Of a DNA stretch of 64,000 nucleotides, positions 43,055 to 58,800 are shown one piece after another. Each line of letters opens with the position of its first letter. The first letter of the stretch is position 1. The notes below the pieces were generated by a model, which saw only the letters and a list, made by a program, of their open reading frames with translations, did no database searches and was not told the DNA's origin. Source of the stretch: Eledone cirrhosa (taxonomy: Eukaryota); assembly GCA_964016885.1 (NCBI GenBank), contig OZ024742.1, positions 25,916,001-25,980,000 on the forward strand. The letters run 5' to 3'. The position numbers and the translations under genes are program-made.

Positions 43055-43187
<133 letters not shown>

Positions 43188-43211
43188 AACACAGTCAGAC
43201 ACCCTCCACCC

Positions 43212-43253
<42 letters not shown>

Positions 43254-43384
43254 CGATAAGAGGCATAACCCCGACGGATGAGCTACGGACTTCTCGACAG
43301 CTCGATCCGGACATATATATATATATATATATGCCCCAGCATGGCCTCAGCAGGATGCGTGACACGGGTAAAAGAGTAAAAGTG

Positions 43385-43552
<168 letters not shown>

Positions 43553-43857
43553 TTTAAAACATTAGTAAAAACAGGACAAGACAAAAGAAAGGTATCAAAA
43601 GAAAAAGTAAGCGAAAAAATAAAAATACAAACGAAGGACACAGAACTTTACGATCGTCTGTCTTCGAGATGGTCTTTAGCAGTTCCGACCCCTACGAACG
43701 GTACTGATGTTCTATCGGGAGTAACAGCGTCTGACATAAGCCAAAAGCTGTACAGTGGAAGAAGAGACGAGAGACAAAACATTAATCGATAACAATTAAG
43801 CTACGAAACATGTATAGTCATATATTATTCTTATTTTTATTATTATTTCAAGATTCA

Positions 43858-44482
43858 AGGGCGGTGGATTGGCAGTATCGGTGCAGAATTGGACACCATG
43901 CTTTGCAGCATAGAGTTATATCCCTTTACGGTCTGAATTCAAATTCCGCCGAAGTTAACTCTGCCTTTCCTCCTTTCGGGGTGGATAAAATAAAGTACCA
44001 GTCACGCACTGGTGTCGATTCAATCGATTTTCCCCTCCACCAAAATTGTTGGTCTTGTGCCTATATAAGAAACCATTATTATTTCAATGGTGGATTGGCA
44101 GTATCGGTACAGGGTCGGACGCCTTGCTTTGCAGCAAAGAGTTACGGCCCTTTATGATCTGAGTTCAAATCCCGCCGAGGTTAACTTTACCTTTCATCTT
44201 TACAGGGTCGATAAAATAAAGTACCAGTAATATACTGGGTGATTACTGGCCTTGTGCCAAAACTAGAAACAATTATTTCAATGTTCAAGAGCACTAGATT
44301 GACTGTATCAGTGGAGAGTCGGGCACCATGCTTTGCAGAATAGAGTTACGGCCCTTTACGGTCTGAATTTAAATTCAGCCGAGGTTAACTCTGTCTTTCA
44401 TCCTTACGGTGTCGATAAAATAAAGTACCAGTAATACACTGGTATAATTGCTGGTCTTGTGCCAAAAGTAGAATTATTATTT
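43858..44482 (+). mobile_element. Three tandem tRNA-derived SINEs (central domain resembles the MetaSINE core)
   Basis: A box TGGCAGTATCGG, B box GAGTTCAAATCCC, core AACTCTGCCTTTCATCCTT.CGGGGTCGATAAAATAAAGTACCAG; units start at about 43858, 44088 and 44290. The superfamily label is from memory. Confidence 0.8.
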
Positions 44483-44975
44483 CCATGTTCAAATTTTCGC
44501 TATTTTTATTTATACAAATCTGTCGCACGCATGTATATTTAAATCATAGTTATTACAATACCATATATCTAATGACATTTTGCTTTTATTCATTTTCATG
44601 TGGTTAATCTACGTATTTAATAGTTCTCGGACAATATGCACTCCAGAGAGAAGCCAATATATACTCGGTCGTATATACTACATCTGTCTTTGTTTCTAAT
44701 ATTGACTTTAATGATTGTTCAGCTGGAAATATAAATATCTGTGGTAGCAATAGTGTAAAGAAATCCACGTCACCTAAACAGATCAAATGGTAGCCTTTCT
44801 TCTAAACGGCAGTTTAAAATCCTTCATTTAAATTTCATGTTATAAAAGGATCTCATCCGATATAAGCTTTATTAATGACTACTGTAGGTATGTATAGATA
44901 TTTAAAATATATATATGTGTGTGTGCGTGTGTGTGTATGCATATGTGTCTTCGTGTGTGTGTGTGTGTGTGTGTA

Positions 44976-45215
44976 GGCGCAATGCTGTTGTTAAAATATT
45001 CGGCGCAAGATGGTAATATCGTGAGTTCGATTCCTGATGGCGTGCTGTGTCCAGTATACTCAGCTGCCAATACTTGCAGGGTCAGCCTTGTCACAGTATG
45101 TGTCACACTGAATCTATCTTATGGGCGCGCCTGTTTGTGGAATGCACAGCCACCTGTACGTTAATTTCACGAGAAGGCCGTTCTGTTGATCGAATCAATT
45201 AGAACATCCATCGTG
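44976..45215 (+). mobile_element. tRNA-derived SINE, second family
   Basis: B box GAGTTCGATTCC after a tRNA-like head. Confidence 0.5.
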
Positions 45216-45422
45216 CGTTTGTGTGTATAACATATTCGACACACACACACACGCATATATAAAAACATAGAAATATACATTGGATTAGAAGTTGTCACTG
45301 TATGTTTTACAAATAATCAGGGCACATCAACACCTGGTGGTCGAACAAACACCCTCATCTAATTTAAGGCTAAAAATTCAATTTAAAATTCAATTTTCAA
45401 ATCGCACTCGCCGTCATCTATA

Positions 45423-46005
<583 letters not shown>

Positions 46006-46104
46006 TTATATATATTTATTAAAATACCAGATATATTTATCCTTGTCGAGCCCTCTTTGGATTTTAGTCTTCAAATTTATTATTACATTTATTATATATC
46101 AACA

Positions 46105-46300
46105 CGGTGAATTGGCGGTGAATTGGCAGTATCGGTAGAGAGTCGGACGCCATGCGTTCCAGCATAGTTACGGCCCTTTACGGTCTGTGTTCAAATCCCG
46201 CCGAGGTTAACTTTGTCTTTCATCCTTACGGGGTCGATAAAATTAAGTACCAGTAATGTACTGAGTAATTGCTGGCCTTGTGACAAAAGTAGAAACAATT
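46105..46300 (+). mobile_element. tRNA-derived SINE
   Basis: Same family as 43858. Confidence 0.8.
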
Positions 46301-46335
46301 ATATATATACACACACACACATATATATATGTGTG

Positions 46336-46429
<94 letters not shown>

Positions 46430-46433
<4 letters not shown>

Positions 46434-46786
46434 ATTATTAACGTTACATTAGTATTTTTATTCATCTTCGCTTTTTTCTTTCTTCTCTCTCTCTTTCTCA
46501 CTATTTCGTCCTTCTTCTCTTCTCTCTTCTCTCTCTCCATAGTCGTTTGAATAAACGGTTGTTTTTCAAATATTTACATATTCATTTGCATATTCACCCA
46601 TAAGGTAGAAAAATCCCTTATACATTTCCACTATCCAACTGATAAGGTATGATTTTCCTGGATATGTCTCTATTTATAAAACAAACTTTGTATTTTATCG
46701 GAAGAAACCGTAGCGAAGTGTTTTGTTACCCTTGAAATATATATAATAAAATAAATATGGTTTTATAAATATAGTTTCCATTTATT
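46430..46786 (+). mobile_element. PLE 3' UTR fragment (family F) with a degenerate HHR at 46693-46751
   Basis: Homologous in reverse to 56497-56840; stem I TTTTAT/ATAAAA. Confidence 0.75.
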
Positions 46787-46975
46787 TAATTGTTTCTAGT
46801 TTTGGCACAAGGCCATCAATTATTCAGTGTATTACTGGTACTTTATTTTATCAACCCCATAAGGATGAAAGGCAAAGTTAACCTCGGCGGGATTTGAACT
46901 CAGAATGGCAAGGGCCGTAACTCTATACGTCAAAGCATGGCGTCCGATCCTCTACCGTTACTGCCAATCCACCGT
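46787..46975 (-). mobile_element. tRNA-derived SINE
   Basis: Reverse complement of the 43858 family. Confidence 0.8.
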
Positions 46976-47089
46976 CCATTTATTTAATATCATTGAATAT
47001 TTACTCCAGGAAATTGTTGAGTGCTCTAAATCAGTTATAAACATTTCTATATATTTGTCGGATTTCCAACAAATTAAATACCGCTTCTA

Positions 47090-47129
<40 letters not shown>

Positions 47130-47130
<1 letters not shown>

Positions 47131-47667
47131 CAGGAAAGAAGGTTGACATGGTTTGCTATACAAAAAAGGTTTTTAATCTCATAGCTGACAATTGTTTCTC
47201 AGAACTGGTAGGTTTAGAGATCGCTATTCGCTTATTTTCGCGTTACTCGATCGCCAATACAAAATTATAAGCAGTCAGATCTTCGGAGCATGCGAGAATG
47301 AAGAAAATACACAGGCAAGAAAAGAATATACAGGCTACTATATGAAGTAGTAATGGCATTCAATTAGAACAATAACAACAATTACAACAATGCTATTAAT
47401 AAATTATTTGAGGAGACCCTGACATTACTTAGGTGGGGGGTATAATGTATCTAACGTTACGGCGTGTAAAATTAGCTGTCATGAGGCAAAAGTAAGAGTT
47501 TGGCATGTACAGAGTATCGAAGTGTATATCAATTTTAAATTATAAAGATAAGCCAGTGTTTACAGTCTTTCTCTTCATCTTCAATAGTATACATGAGTGG
47601 GACAACACTGTCAAAGCTAAATAGTTGTTGAGTTAATACAGAGGTTAACGAAGTAATATACGCATAT

Positions 47668-47751
<84 letters not shown>

Positions 47752-48290
47752 GCATGTGTACATAGACACATACATACACATCAATATACACTCGTACAAA
47801 AATATACATACATGCAAAGAGATAAGCGTGCTAATTGTAATTATGGCAAAAGGAAGGTAAAGTAACATTGTAGTAGTTATTTGAGAAAAACTAGGATTTA
47901 GGATCAAATGATGGCAGCAGCTGAGAAGGAATAAGTTTGTGGGTAGATGAGGTACTTACAGACATTTGTGTGGTATAGACTTGTGAAGGATATAGTATAC
48001 TTAATGAATATATTTATGTGGGTAGTAGGTATCCTAATTTAAAGCTATGTTGTGTTTGTTCGATTCACGGAGGTTTGAATCTTGTGAATTTAGTGGCAAT
48101 TCTATGTCTGCAGAGGATAGATCTTTCTAACTTATTGTTAAGTAGCCTTTTTACATTTTTTAGGATATACAATAGCTCAAGATCACATAGCCCGCAGTGG
48201 GACATCCCTGTACTATAGGTTTTAGCAGCCGACAACTTCGACCAGTTGATACTGTAGGTAGTGCTGCTGTCCTTCAGTTCCCATATTTTT
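47130..48290 (-). mobile_element. Penelope-like element PLE3: 3' fragment (end of GIY-YIG plus 3' UTR) with an HHR at 47184-47289
   Basis: IWELKD..YSINW..Y..CGLCDLE..CRHR. The HHR reads GCT-CCGAAGA-long stem II-GAAAC AATT GTC-AGC. Confidence 0.75.
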
Positions 48291-48416
48291 TTACTCATCA
48301 CTATGAAAACGCCTTGTTGAGTCAAACCAAGCCAAGCGTTAATATCATCCACTACCTGAAATACCATAACTGGACTTTACCTAAGTGGACTGCATTTAAC
48401 TATTATTTGTTACCCC

Positions 48417-48491
<75 letters not shown>

Positions 48492-48571
48492 ATAGTTCTA
48501 TTTAAATTATTGGGATACAACAAACAAACATATTTATTACTGATATAAAGCACCCGACAAGTATTTGGAGT

Positions 48572-48802
48572 AGATATACGATATTAACAAATGGAAACTA
48601 TATTTATAAAACCATATTTTTATCCTGATGTCTTCCAAAAGTACGGTTGCATTTTGAAAGGGTACGTCAATGTTTATTCATAAAACTGGTATATATTGTA
48701 TTTTGTCTGATGAAGGCATACCATAATTTAACTTGGTATCCTTGAAATATGTATAATGAAATAAATATGGTTTTATAAATATAGTTTCCATTTGTTAATA
48801 TC

Positions 48803-48806
<4 letters not shown>
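48572..48806. mobile_element. Family F two-armed insertion
   Basis: Short antisense arm (about 48575-48620) mirrors 48762-48806. Confidence 0.75.
48701..48761 (+). ncRNA. Type I hammerhead (family F)
   Basis: TTTTGT-CTGATGA-AGG..ATACCA/TGGTAT..CCT-GAAA-TATGTA-TA-ATGAAA. Confidence 0.65.
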
Positions 48807-48868
<62 letters not shown>

Positions 48869-48924
48869 ATAATAATAAATTTGAAAACTAAAATCCAAAG
48901 TTTGCTCGATAAGGATAAATATAT

Positions 48925-49026
<102 letters not shown>

Positions 49027-49059
49027 TTATATACATTTATATATATATTATGTTCGTGT

Positions 49060-50038
49060 GCGAGTGAGTCCCGGGTTCAATCGTAGGTTACCAATACATT
49101 AGTAGCGTGTATACAACAAAATCTAATACAGAGTTCTTTGAGATACTGGCTCCCTACCTTTTTATCATCGTAGTGGACTATTGTATGCGCCTTGCACTGG
49201 AGAAACACCAGGACCCTGGCTTTACTGTAACACCGGCTCAGAGCAGGAGAGTTAAGGCGAAAAATATATCGGATGCTGAATTTGCCGACGACATAGTTTT
49301 GGTGACAAATACAGTGAAGGAGGCAGAGGATTTGATGCTGGAAGTTGAGACTTTGTCGATGAGTGTGGGGATGAGAATGAATGAGAATAAGACAAAATGT
49401 CTGGTAGAGAATATTGAGAAGACAGAAGCGGTTCTAATGCAGGCGGGAAGCCGCTGGAATTAGTTGAGAACTTCCTGTATTTGGGAGCAAAGATTGGGAA
49501 TACGGAAGATGATGAGGTTGAGAGGAAGTGCAAAGCCAAGGTGGCGTGCCACACTTTGAGATCGGTGTGGAAGTCGGACCTTCGTGTAGACCTGAAGATC
49601 CGCTCTTCATTGCTGTAGTGGAGTCTGTGCTACTGTACGTGTCTGAGACTTGGACACTGACCAAGAAATTCACTCAAATGTTGGATGGGTGCTACACGAG
49701 AATGCTGAGGATGGCTCTGAACATTAATCAATATACACTGAGGATAAAAATCTCAGAGCTGTATGGGAGCCTCCCAAAAGTCAGCTCAAATGTGACAAAG
49801 AAGAGACTGAGGTTAGCTGGACATGCTCACCGACATTCAGAGTTGACACTGCACTCAGTGCTCCTGTGGAAGCCCCTGCATGGACACAATGGAAGAGGTA
49901 GACCAAGGTTAACGTATGTTGATGCCATAAAGACAGACACTGGTCTGTTGGAGACGCAGGACATGGCAGCGATAATGAGGGACAGAGACCGTTGTAGCTA
50001 ACTCGTCCATGGATCTCGGGAATTTTACCCGCCCTAGA
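49060..50038 (+). mobile_element. RTE-clade non-LTR retrotransposon, 5'-truncated and frameshifted
   Basis: LAPYLF, EFADDIVL, YLGAKI, VESVLLY.SETW, LRLAGH, GRGRPRLTY; the 3' end runs into (TA)n. Confidence 0.85.
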
Positions 50039-50129
50039 TATATATATATGTTTTTACCCTAGCAAAACTGGTCCTTTACAATTCGAACACATGTATGTTT
50101 ACATTTTTGTTTATCTCTCCTGTATATTC

Positions 50130-50516
<387 letters not shown>

Positions 50517-50742
50517 TATATAATTAAGTTAAAAATGTACATCCACATATGTATACTGAAATACTAGTATGCATATGAATACACACACGTGTACATATGT
50601 AGATGTACCGAGTTTTTCACTGGACACTTTACTGTGAGTGTCCAGCTATTCTGTATGTAAACACACAGACAAACCGGTTTTTAGAGTCATACTGGTTTTC
50701 GAGGAAACACCTTTCCTCTATTCTCCAGAAAGCCAGACAAGG

Positions 50743-50787
50743 AATATTGGACTAGTTTCGATGTTGTTACATCTCATCAGCAATATT
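50743..50787 (-). ncRNA. Canonical minimal type I hammerhead (family G)
   Basis: Reverse complement of 51358-51402. Confidence 0.9.
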
Positions 50788-51357
50788 TACCTATCTTCCG
50801 GCCTTTCTAGAGAATCGTAAAAGCACATATCGTTATATGCTTTTTCTATGAAAATTAGTAGTGGGCAGACTAATTTGCATAGAGCGTGAGTACATACCCG
50901 GTTCAGCGGAGACGATAAAAACAAATAACGAAACGAAATTAAATTTCGTTTCGTTTGTAACTCACTTTTGTATGACTGACGCTTAAACAATTAAGTTAAA
51001 AATGTACATCCACATATGTATACTGAAATACTAGTATGCATATGAATACACACACGTGTACATATGTAGATGTACCGAGTTTTTCACTGGACACTTTACT
51101 GTGAGTGTCCAGCTATTCTGTATGTAAACATGTGGATGTACATTTTTAACTTAATTGTTTAAGCGTCAGTCATACAAAAGTGAGTTACAAACGAAACGAA
51201 ATTTAATTTCGTTTCGTTATTTGTTTTTATCGTCTCCGCTGAACCGGTTATGTACACACGCTCTATGCAAATTAGTCTGCCCACTACTAATTTTCATAGA
51301 AAAAGCATATAACGATATGTGCTTTTACGATTCTCTAGAAAGGCCGGAAGATAGGTA

Positions 51358-51402
51358 AATATTGCTGATGAGATGTAACAACATCGAAACTAGTCCAATA
51401 TT
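51358..51402 (+). ncRNA. Canonical minimal type I hammerhead (family G)
   Basis: AATATTG-CTGATGA-GATGT AACA ACATC-GAAA-C TA G-TC-CAATATT; predicted cleavage after 51395; palindromic stem III ACTAGT. Confidence 0.92.
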
Positions 51403-51723
51403 CCTTGTCTGGCTTTCTGGAGAATAGAGGAAAGGTGTTTCCTCGAAAACCAGTATGACTCTAAAAACCGGTTTGTCTGTGTGTTTACATACAGAATAGC
51501 TGGACACTCACAGTAAAGTGTCCAGTGAAAAACTCGGTACATCTACATATGTACACGTGTGTGTATTCATATGCATACTAGTATTTCAGTATACATATGT
51601 GGATGTACATTTTTAACTTAATTGTTTAAGCGTCAGTCATACAAAAGTGAGTTACAAACGAAACGAAATTTAATTTCGTTTCGTTATTTGTTTTTAAATA
51701 TATATATATATATATATATATAT

Positions 51724-52795
<1,072 letters not shown>

Positions 52796-52814
52796 TATAT
52801 ATATATATATATAT

Positions 52815-54209
52815 CTAGGGCGGTTATAATTCCCGAAATCCATGGACGAGTTCACTCCAGCGGTCTCTGTCCCTCATTATCGCTGCCATGTCCTGCGTCT
52901 CCAACAGACCAGTGTCTATCCTTAGGGCATCAACATACGTTAACCTTGGTCTACTACTTCCAGTGTGTCCATGTAGGGGCTCCCACAGGAGCACTGAGTG
53001 CAATGTCAACTCTGGATGTGATTTTGATGATATCATCCTGGGGTTCTGTAACCAGCCACTAGAGAAAGGTGTTGCCTCGAATCAGTGGAGGATCAGTAAC
53101 ATCGTCCCAGTGTCAAAGAAGCGAGATCTCTCTAACACCAACAACTACAAGGGGGGTCTCACTGACGTCACTTGTGGCAAAGACCCTGCAGAGGCTGGTT
53201 CTTAACAGGATCTAGCCTAAGGACAACCAGAACGGCTTCAGAGAGGGAAGATCAACCACCAGTCACATCCTGATGCTGAGGAGGATATTAGAGGGAGCTA
53301 GAGCAAAGTGCCTTCCTGCGGTCATAGCTGTTCATTGACTTTAGGAAGGTCTTTGATTCTGTAGACCGTCACTGCCTGATGAAGATCTTACAGGCTTATG
53401 GAATCCCCAAGGAGATAATCGACCTGATATCACTGTTCTACGCCAACACCAAAGCCCAAGTCATTACACCTGATGGGATGACAGTTATTTGAGACACTGG
53501 CTTGAGTGCTCCATAGAGATACATTGGCTCCCGACATTTTTATCATCGTCGTGGACTATTGTATGCGCCTTGCACTGGAGAAACACCACGAATCTGGCTT
53601 TACTGTAGCACCGGAACTGAGCAGGTGAGTTAAGGCGAATAAGATAAATGCCAGAATTTGCCGACGACATAGTTTTGGTGACAAATACAGTGAAGGAGGC
53701 AGATGACATGATGCAGGAGGTTAAGACTGTGTCGATGAGTTTGGGGCTGAGAATGAATGAGACTAAAACAAAATATCTGGCAGAGCATGTTGAGAAGCCA
53801 GTGGGGATCACTAATGTAGGCGGTAAGTCGCTAGAATTGGTTGAGGACTTCATGTATTTGGGAGCAAAGATTGGGAATACGGAAGATGATGTGGTTGAGA
53901 GGAAGAGCAAAGCCTGGGTGAGATTGGTTTGGAAGTCGGACCTTCGTAAAGATATGAAAAACCGCCTCTTCATTGCTGTAGTCGAGTCTGTGTTGCTGTA
54001 CGTGTCTGAGACTTGTACACTGACCAAGAAACTCACTCAGATGGTGGATGGGTGCTTACAGAGAATGCTGAGGATGGCTCTCAACATTAATCAGTATACT
54101 GTGAGGATGAAAAACTCAGAGCTGTATGGGAGCCTCCCAAAGGTCAGCTGAAAAGTGACACAGAGGACACTGAGGGTAGCTGGATATGCTCATCGATATC
54201 CAGAGTTGA
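52815..54209. mobile_element. RTE element with a 5' inversion (same family as 49060-50038)
   Basis: 3' end on the minus strand at 52815-about 53018; RT domains on the plus strand at about 53018-54209 (IVPVSKKRDL..NY, EFADDIVL, YLGAKI); (TA)n on both sides. Confidence 0.88.
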
Positions 54210-54261
54210 TATATATATATACACATATATATCTATATCTCTATATATATACATATATATG

Positions 54262-54317
<56 letters not shown>

Positions 54318-54400
54318 TATATAAACATATCTGATATATATTTATCCTTATCGAGCCCTCTTTGGATTTTAGTCTTCAAATTTATTATTATTGCTATATA

Positions 54401-54456
<56 letters not shown>

Positions 54457-55019
54457 AAATCAAACTTCGTATGAAATTGTTAAGGTGCCTTCTACGATGA
54501 AAATTAGGTGTGTTTTAGTATTTTTCTGAAAATATTAAGAGCTACGCAGATGAACTCTATACTTTCAGCAATATATTTTATTTATATATACATCTGTATA
54601 TATTCTTACTAAGTTGAACTCGTGCCATTAACTTTTTATCATGGAAATATTTTCCATTTTTCTAATAGTAGTAAAATACTACTTTAGTTTACTTTATCGA
54701 TTCGTTAACTTCGTAAATTTTCACAAATTTCTTTTTATTATGTTTCGTATAATGATAAAACATCATTCAATTCTTATAATAAAAACGCATTTAAGACCAT
54801 TTTTGTACGATACTAATTTAGTTTGTTTCAGTGTTTTCGTAATGTCGAGCAATTACGTGAATTAAATAACTTTTTTCAGATCTCAATGAGATTTCTGAGT
54901 TAAGATTATTTGAGAGAGAAAAATATATACATTTTAACGTATTCCACTCTTTTAAATAGACTGTCCTTCCATCTTGAGCTACCTCCACCCATCAATCTCT
55001 CTCTCACTCTCTCTCTTTC

Positions 55020-55145
<126 letters not shown>

Positions 55146-56002
55146 TGTGTTCATACACATAACAATTAAGGCGCTACCGTAAGTTTCAAGGTCTAATTAT
55201 GACTACCTCTACAGATTGTACATGGTGGTGCATAATGCTTAGAGGGGCGATATGAAAAGTGACTTCTCTCATTATGCGCAAGTATTAAAATGCCATTAGA
55301 ATATATATATATCGTTTGCTAAATCAAATAATTATGTCGTTATTTACAATTGGAAATTACTGCAGAAGACTAAAGAATTGAAGTGTATATGTCTGTGTGT
55401 GTGTGTTGTAATTATGCGAGTGTGGGAGAGAGAAAAAGCTATGTAGAAAGAATAAGTAACAAATTAATGTCGTTGATGGTCTCGTGAAGAGAAATTTAGT
55501 TATTCCAATTTGAGAGCAATTGGCTTTCGAGATTTTAACATCCTTTAAATTGCACAAATTTAGAGTTTAGTTCAGTGAGTCAGACGTGGGTTTTCTTCGC
55601 ACCATTGATCTGTACTGGTTCTTTCCAAATTCTGTCCATGTAATTGAATGTTGAGCATTTCAACATTTAATTGCCAGACGTTCTGCCGCGACACCTACAA
55701 AAATAGAAATTCAAGTAGAATCGTTGTTTAATAATACTCACATATTTTCCACTTGACTCATATTGTATGTGGGTGAGGGGCGGGGAGGGGATGCAATCTC
55801 TGTCTGATCTGATATAAGATGGGATTTATATTACCCCTTCTGTTGCAAAGGGCATTTATTTTCTTAATCCTACAAAGTAGCTACCCAGTTCTGAAATCGA
55901 ACCCACTATCACATGATAATGAAACCCATGCCTTGGCTGGTATATTATGTTCCTTCTTATTACAAACACTCACACACACACATACATATATACGTTCATA
56001 CA

Positions 56003-56050
<48 letters not shown>

Positions 56051-56441
56051 CCTTTTTTTTTCCTTTTTCTTTTTTCTTTTCACTTCTTAAACCTTGTTTG
56101 TATATAACATTATTCTTTCTGCACCTTCTGTTTAACATGTGCGATACCACACTAATACATTTCACTATCATTTGATTATGCATATAAATGCAGAAACCGG
56201 TAATAGACAATAATTAAATATATAAATAGATAAATAAATGCCATTGTTAAATAATAAATAAATCAACTAATACCTTAACACTTCACACAAAGTAAAACAT
56301 TTCGTTTTAATCATTTTCTAACCCAGAAAAGAGAGAGAGAGAGAGACAAAAAAAGGATATAACAAATATTTTTCTTTTCATAATCGTCTCTTTCCCCCTG
56401 TTTTCATATATATATAAGAAAAATTTCGTTTCAATCTTTCC

Positions 56442-56496
<55 letters not shown>

Positions 56497-58551
56497 TACA
56501 ATTATATATATTTCAAGGGTACCAAGACAACATTGGTACGCTTTCATCAGATAAAATACAAAGTTTGTTTCATAAATAGAGACATACCCATAAAAATCAT
56601 ACCTTATCGGTTGGAAATTCACTGGATAGTGGAAATATAATAGGGACTTTTCAAAGTTTTTCAATTATTTACATATGCAAGTGAATATGCAAATGAATAT
56701 GTAAATAATTGCAAACCAACAATTTTTTTAAACGATTATGGAGAGAGAGATAGAAGAGATAAGAGGAGAAGGATAAAAAATAGTGCGAGAGAGAGAAGAA
56801 AGAAACAAGAGAAGATGAATACAACTTATATAACGTTAATTTGAGGGAAATATATTTTCTAAGTATATATCTTAATAGTACGTGTATTTACGATTATTAA
56901 TTGTTTAAAATGTGTTTATAATATAATATTTTTCTTCTGTTATAAGTAGATAAATAAATAAATACATAAATAAATAAATAAATAGATGGGTAAATCATGT
57001 TATAGATAATTGTTCTAATGAGTTATGAGGGATATTGGTTTTGTATTTAATGTAAATAAATATTAAGTTAAATTAAATTAAATTAACTGAGTTAATAAGA
57101 ATATTTATATTTATATGATTTAAAATGGGAAGATACGGAAAAACTTCGGTTTTATTTATTTATTAGTTAGTGTGAGACTATTTAGTCAAAATAAGTATAG
57201 ATGTTGAAAGATACATTTAGCCAGAATCAGTTAGTGGTTATAAATCTATTGAAAAATATTGAAAAAATATTGAGAAAGTATTGAAAAAATATTGAAAAAT
57301 TTGAGAAAATTTAAAAAAAAAATTTATAGGAGATAATTAATTTTTAAAGAAATAAAAATTAAAGAAATATAAATAAAGAAATAAAAATTATTATTTGAAA
57401 TTAAAATTTTAAAAGATTAGAATTATATACGTATATATTTTATGAAACTTTAAGAAGTGGAATTATAGCAAATGATTTATAGATATGATTTAGAGATATC
57501 AATATATTTAACCCAAGTGGATGAGATTGTTATGGAAATAAGTAGAAATATTATAAGTATAATTATAAGTTATATACAGTTCTGAATGTTGAATTCTGGC
57601 GATGTCTACAAGAATTAAATAAATTCGTTCTTAGATTAATAGAGTGTTTACATTTAAGTATGAAAAAAATTTCCTCAATACACAATTTGCAGAATCTACA
57701 TAAAGCTGTGAATCGGTACGCGGGTGCTTTTCACATTGGTTCCCAAGCTAATGAATAGTCCATATTCTTGCATTTTAAATTCCATATCAGGTTTGAAAGA
57801 GAATTTGAAGATTTTTTATCGAATCTCAGGAAAGAGAATTTGTGTTTATTCCAGCGACTTTTAAATTCTGCAGAAGTTTCACCGACATAGTTAAATATAT
57901 TAACAGTAATAAGGCAAATAACCCTACTATTAATTGTAATTATAATAAGCAATTTAACCTAAACTCTAAAACTAACAGAAGAACTAGAACTAGAAATATT
58001 ATTTGGTACTCACCCCCATTCTCATTAAGCGTAAAAACACCTTTAGCAAAGCTATTCTTTAAAGCACTAGATAAATGTCTTCCTAAAGCCCACAGATACC
58101 ACTCAATCTTTAACAGACATACTATAAAACTATCCTACTCTACTTCTATGAACATAGCACAAAATATAAAAAGAATTAATAATAGTAATTTAAACCCTAA
58201 CCAAAATAACCAAAATAGCAGTAATATCTCTAGCAATATCCAACATAATAATACCGTTCCGAACAAACAACAACTCCGCAAAATGTAACTGTAGAATTAA
58301 ATCAAACTGTCCTTTACAAAATAAGATAACAACGCGATCTATAAATGTACAGTTAAAACCAGTGATAATATATTTAACTATGTCGGTGCAACTTCTACAG
58401 AACTTAAAAGTCACTGGAATAACCACAGATGCTCTTTCCGAAGATTTGATAAAAAATCTTCAACTTCTCTTTCAAACCTGATATGGAACTTAAAATGCAA
58501 GAATATGGACTATTCATTAGCTTGGGAAACAGTTTCAAAAGCACCCGCGTA
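56497..58551. mobile_element. Penelope-like element PLE4 (Naiad-type), two-armed: left arm minus (EN end, 3' UTR, family F HHR at 56497-56556), right arm plus (linker and EN)
   Basis: RNIIWYSPPFS..HRYHSIFNRHTIKLSYS, CNCRIKSNCPL, YVGETS.EFKSRW. 57717-57903 is an inverted, diverged copy of 58367-58551. Confidence 0.82.
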
Positions 58552-58800
58552 AGCTTCTCTGGGACTTTCCATTGCCTAGTTCTGGCTGTGTGTTCTCACG
58601 TGTTTTTTAAGACTTCCCATGCTAGCACACTCCTTGCCACATTCCTTACACCTTTTCAGATCGTAATCTACATGAGTTCTACTGATGTGACTTTGTTAGT
58701 GTGTACTCAAACCAGCTTTACTCAGGCTGACACGACCACAGAGCTGGCAAAGCAGATGCTGTTCAACAACAGGCAGTTCAGAACAATCGCCTTTCCTTAC
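58552..58800 (-). mobile_element. RTE-like 3' coding fragment
   Basis: C2H2-like CQLCGRVSLSKAGLSTH. Confidence 0.45.

Larger units (their letters stand above)
50522..51696. mobile_element. Retrozyme-like / non-autonomous PLE insertion: 467-bp unit, about 1.3 units antisense plus about 1.2 units sense, in (TA)n (family G)
   Basis: Period 467 (50522/50989; 51151/51618); inversion junction near 51130; one canonical HHR per arm. Confidence 0.9.
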
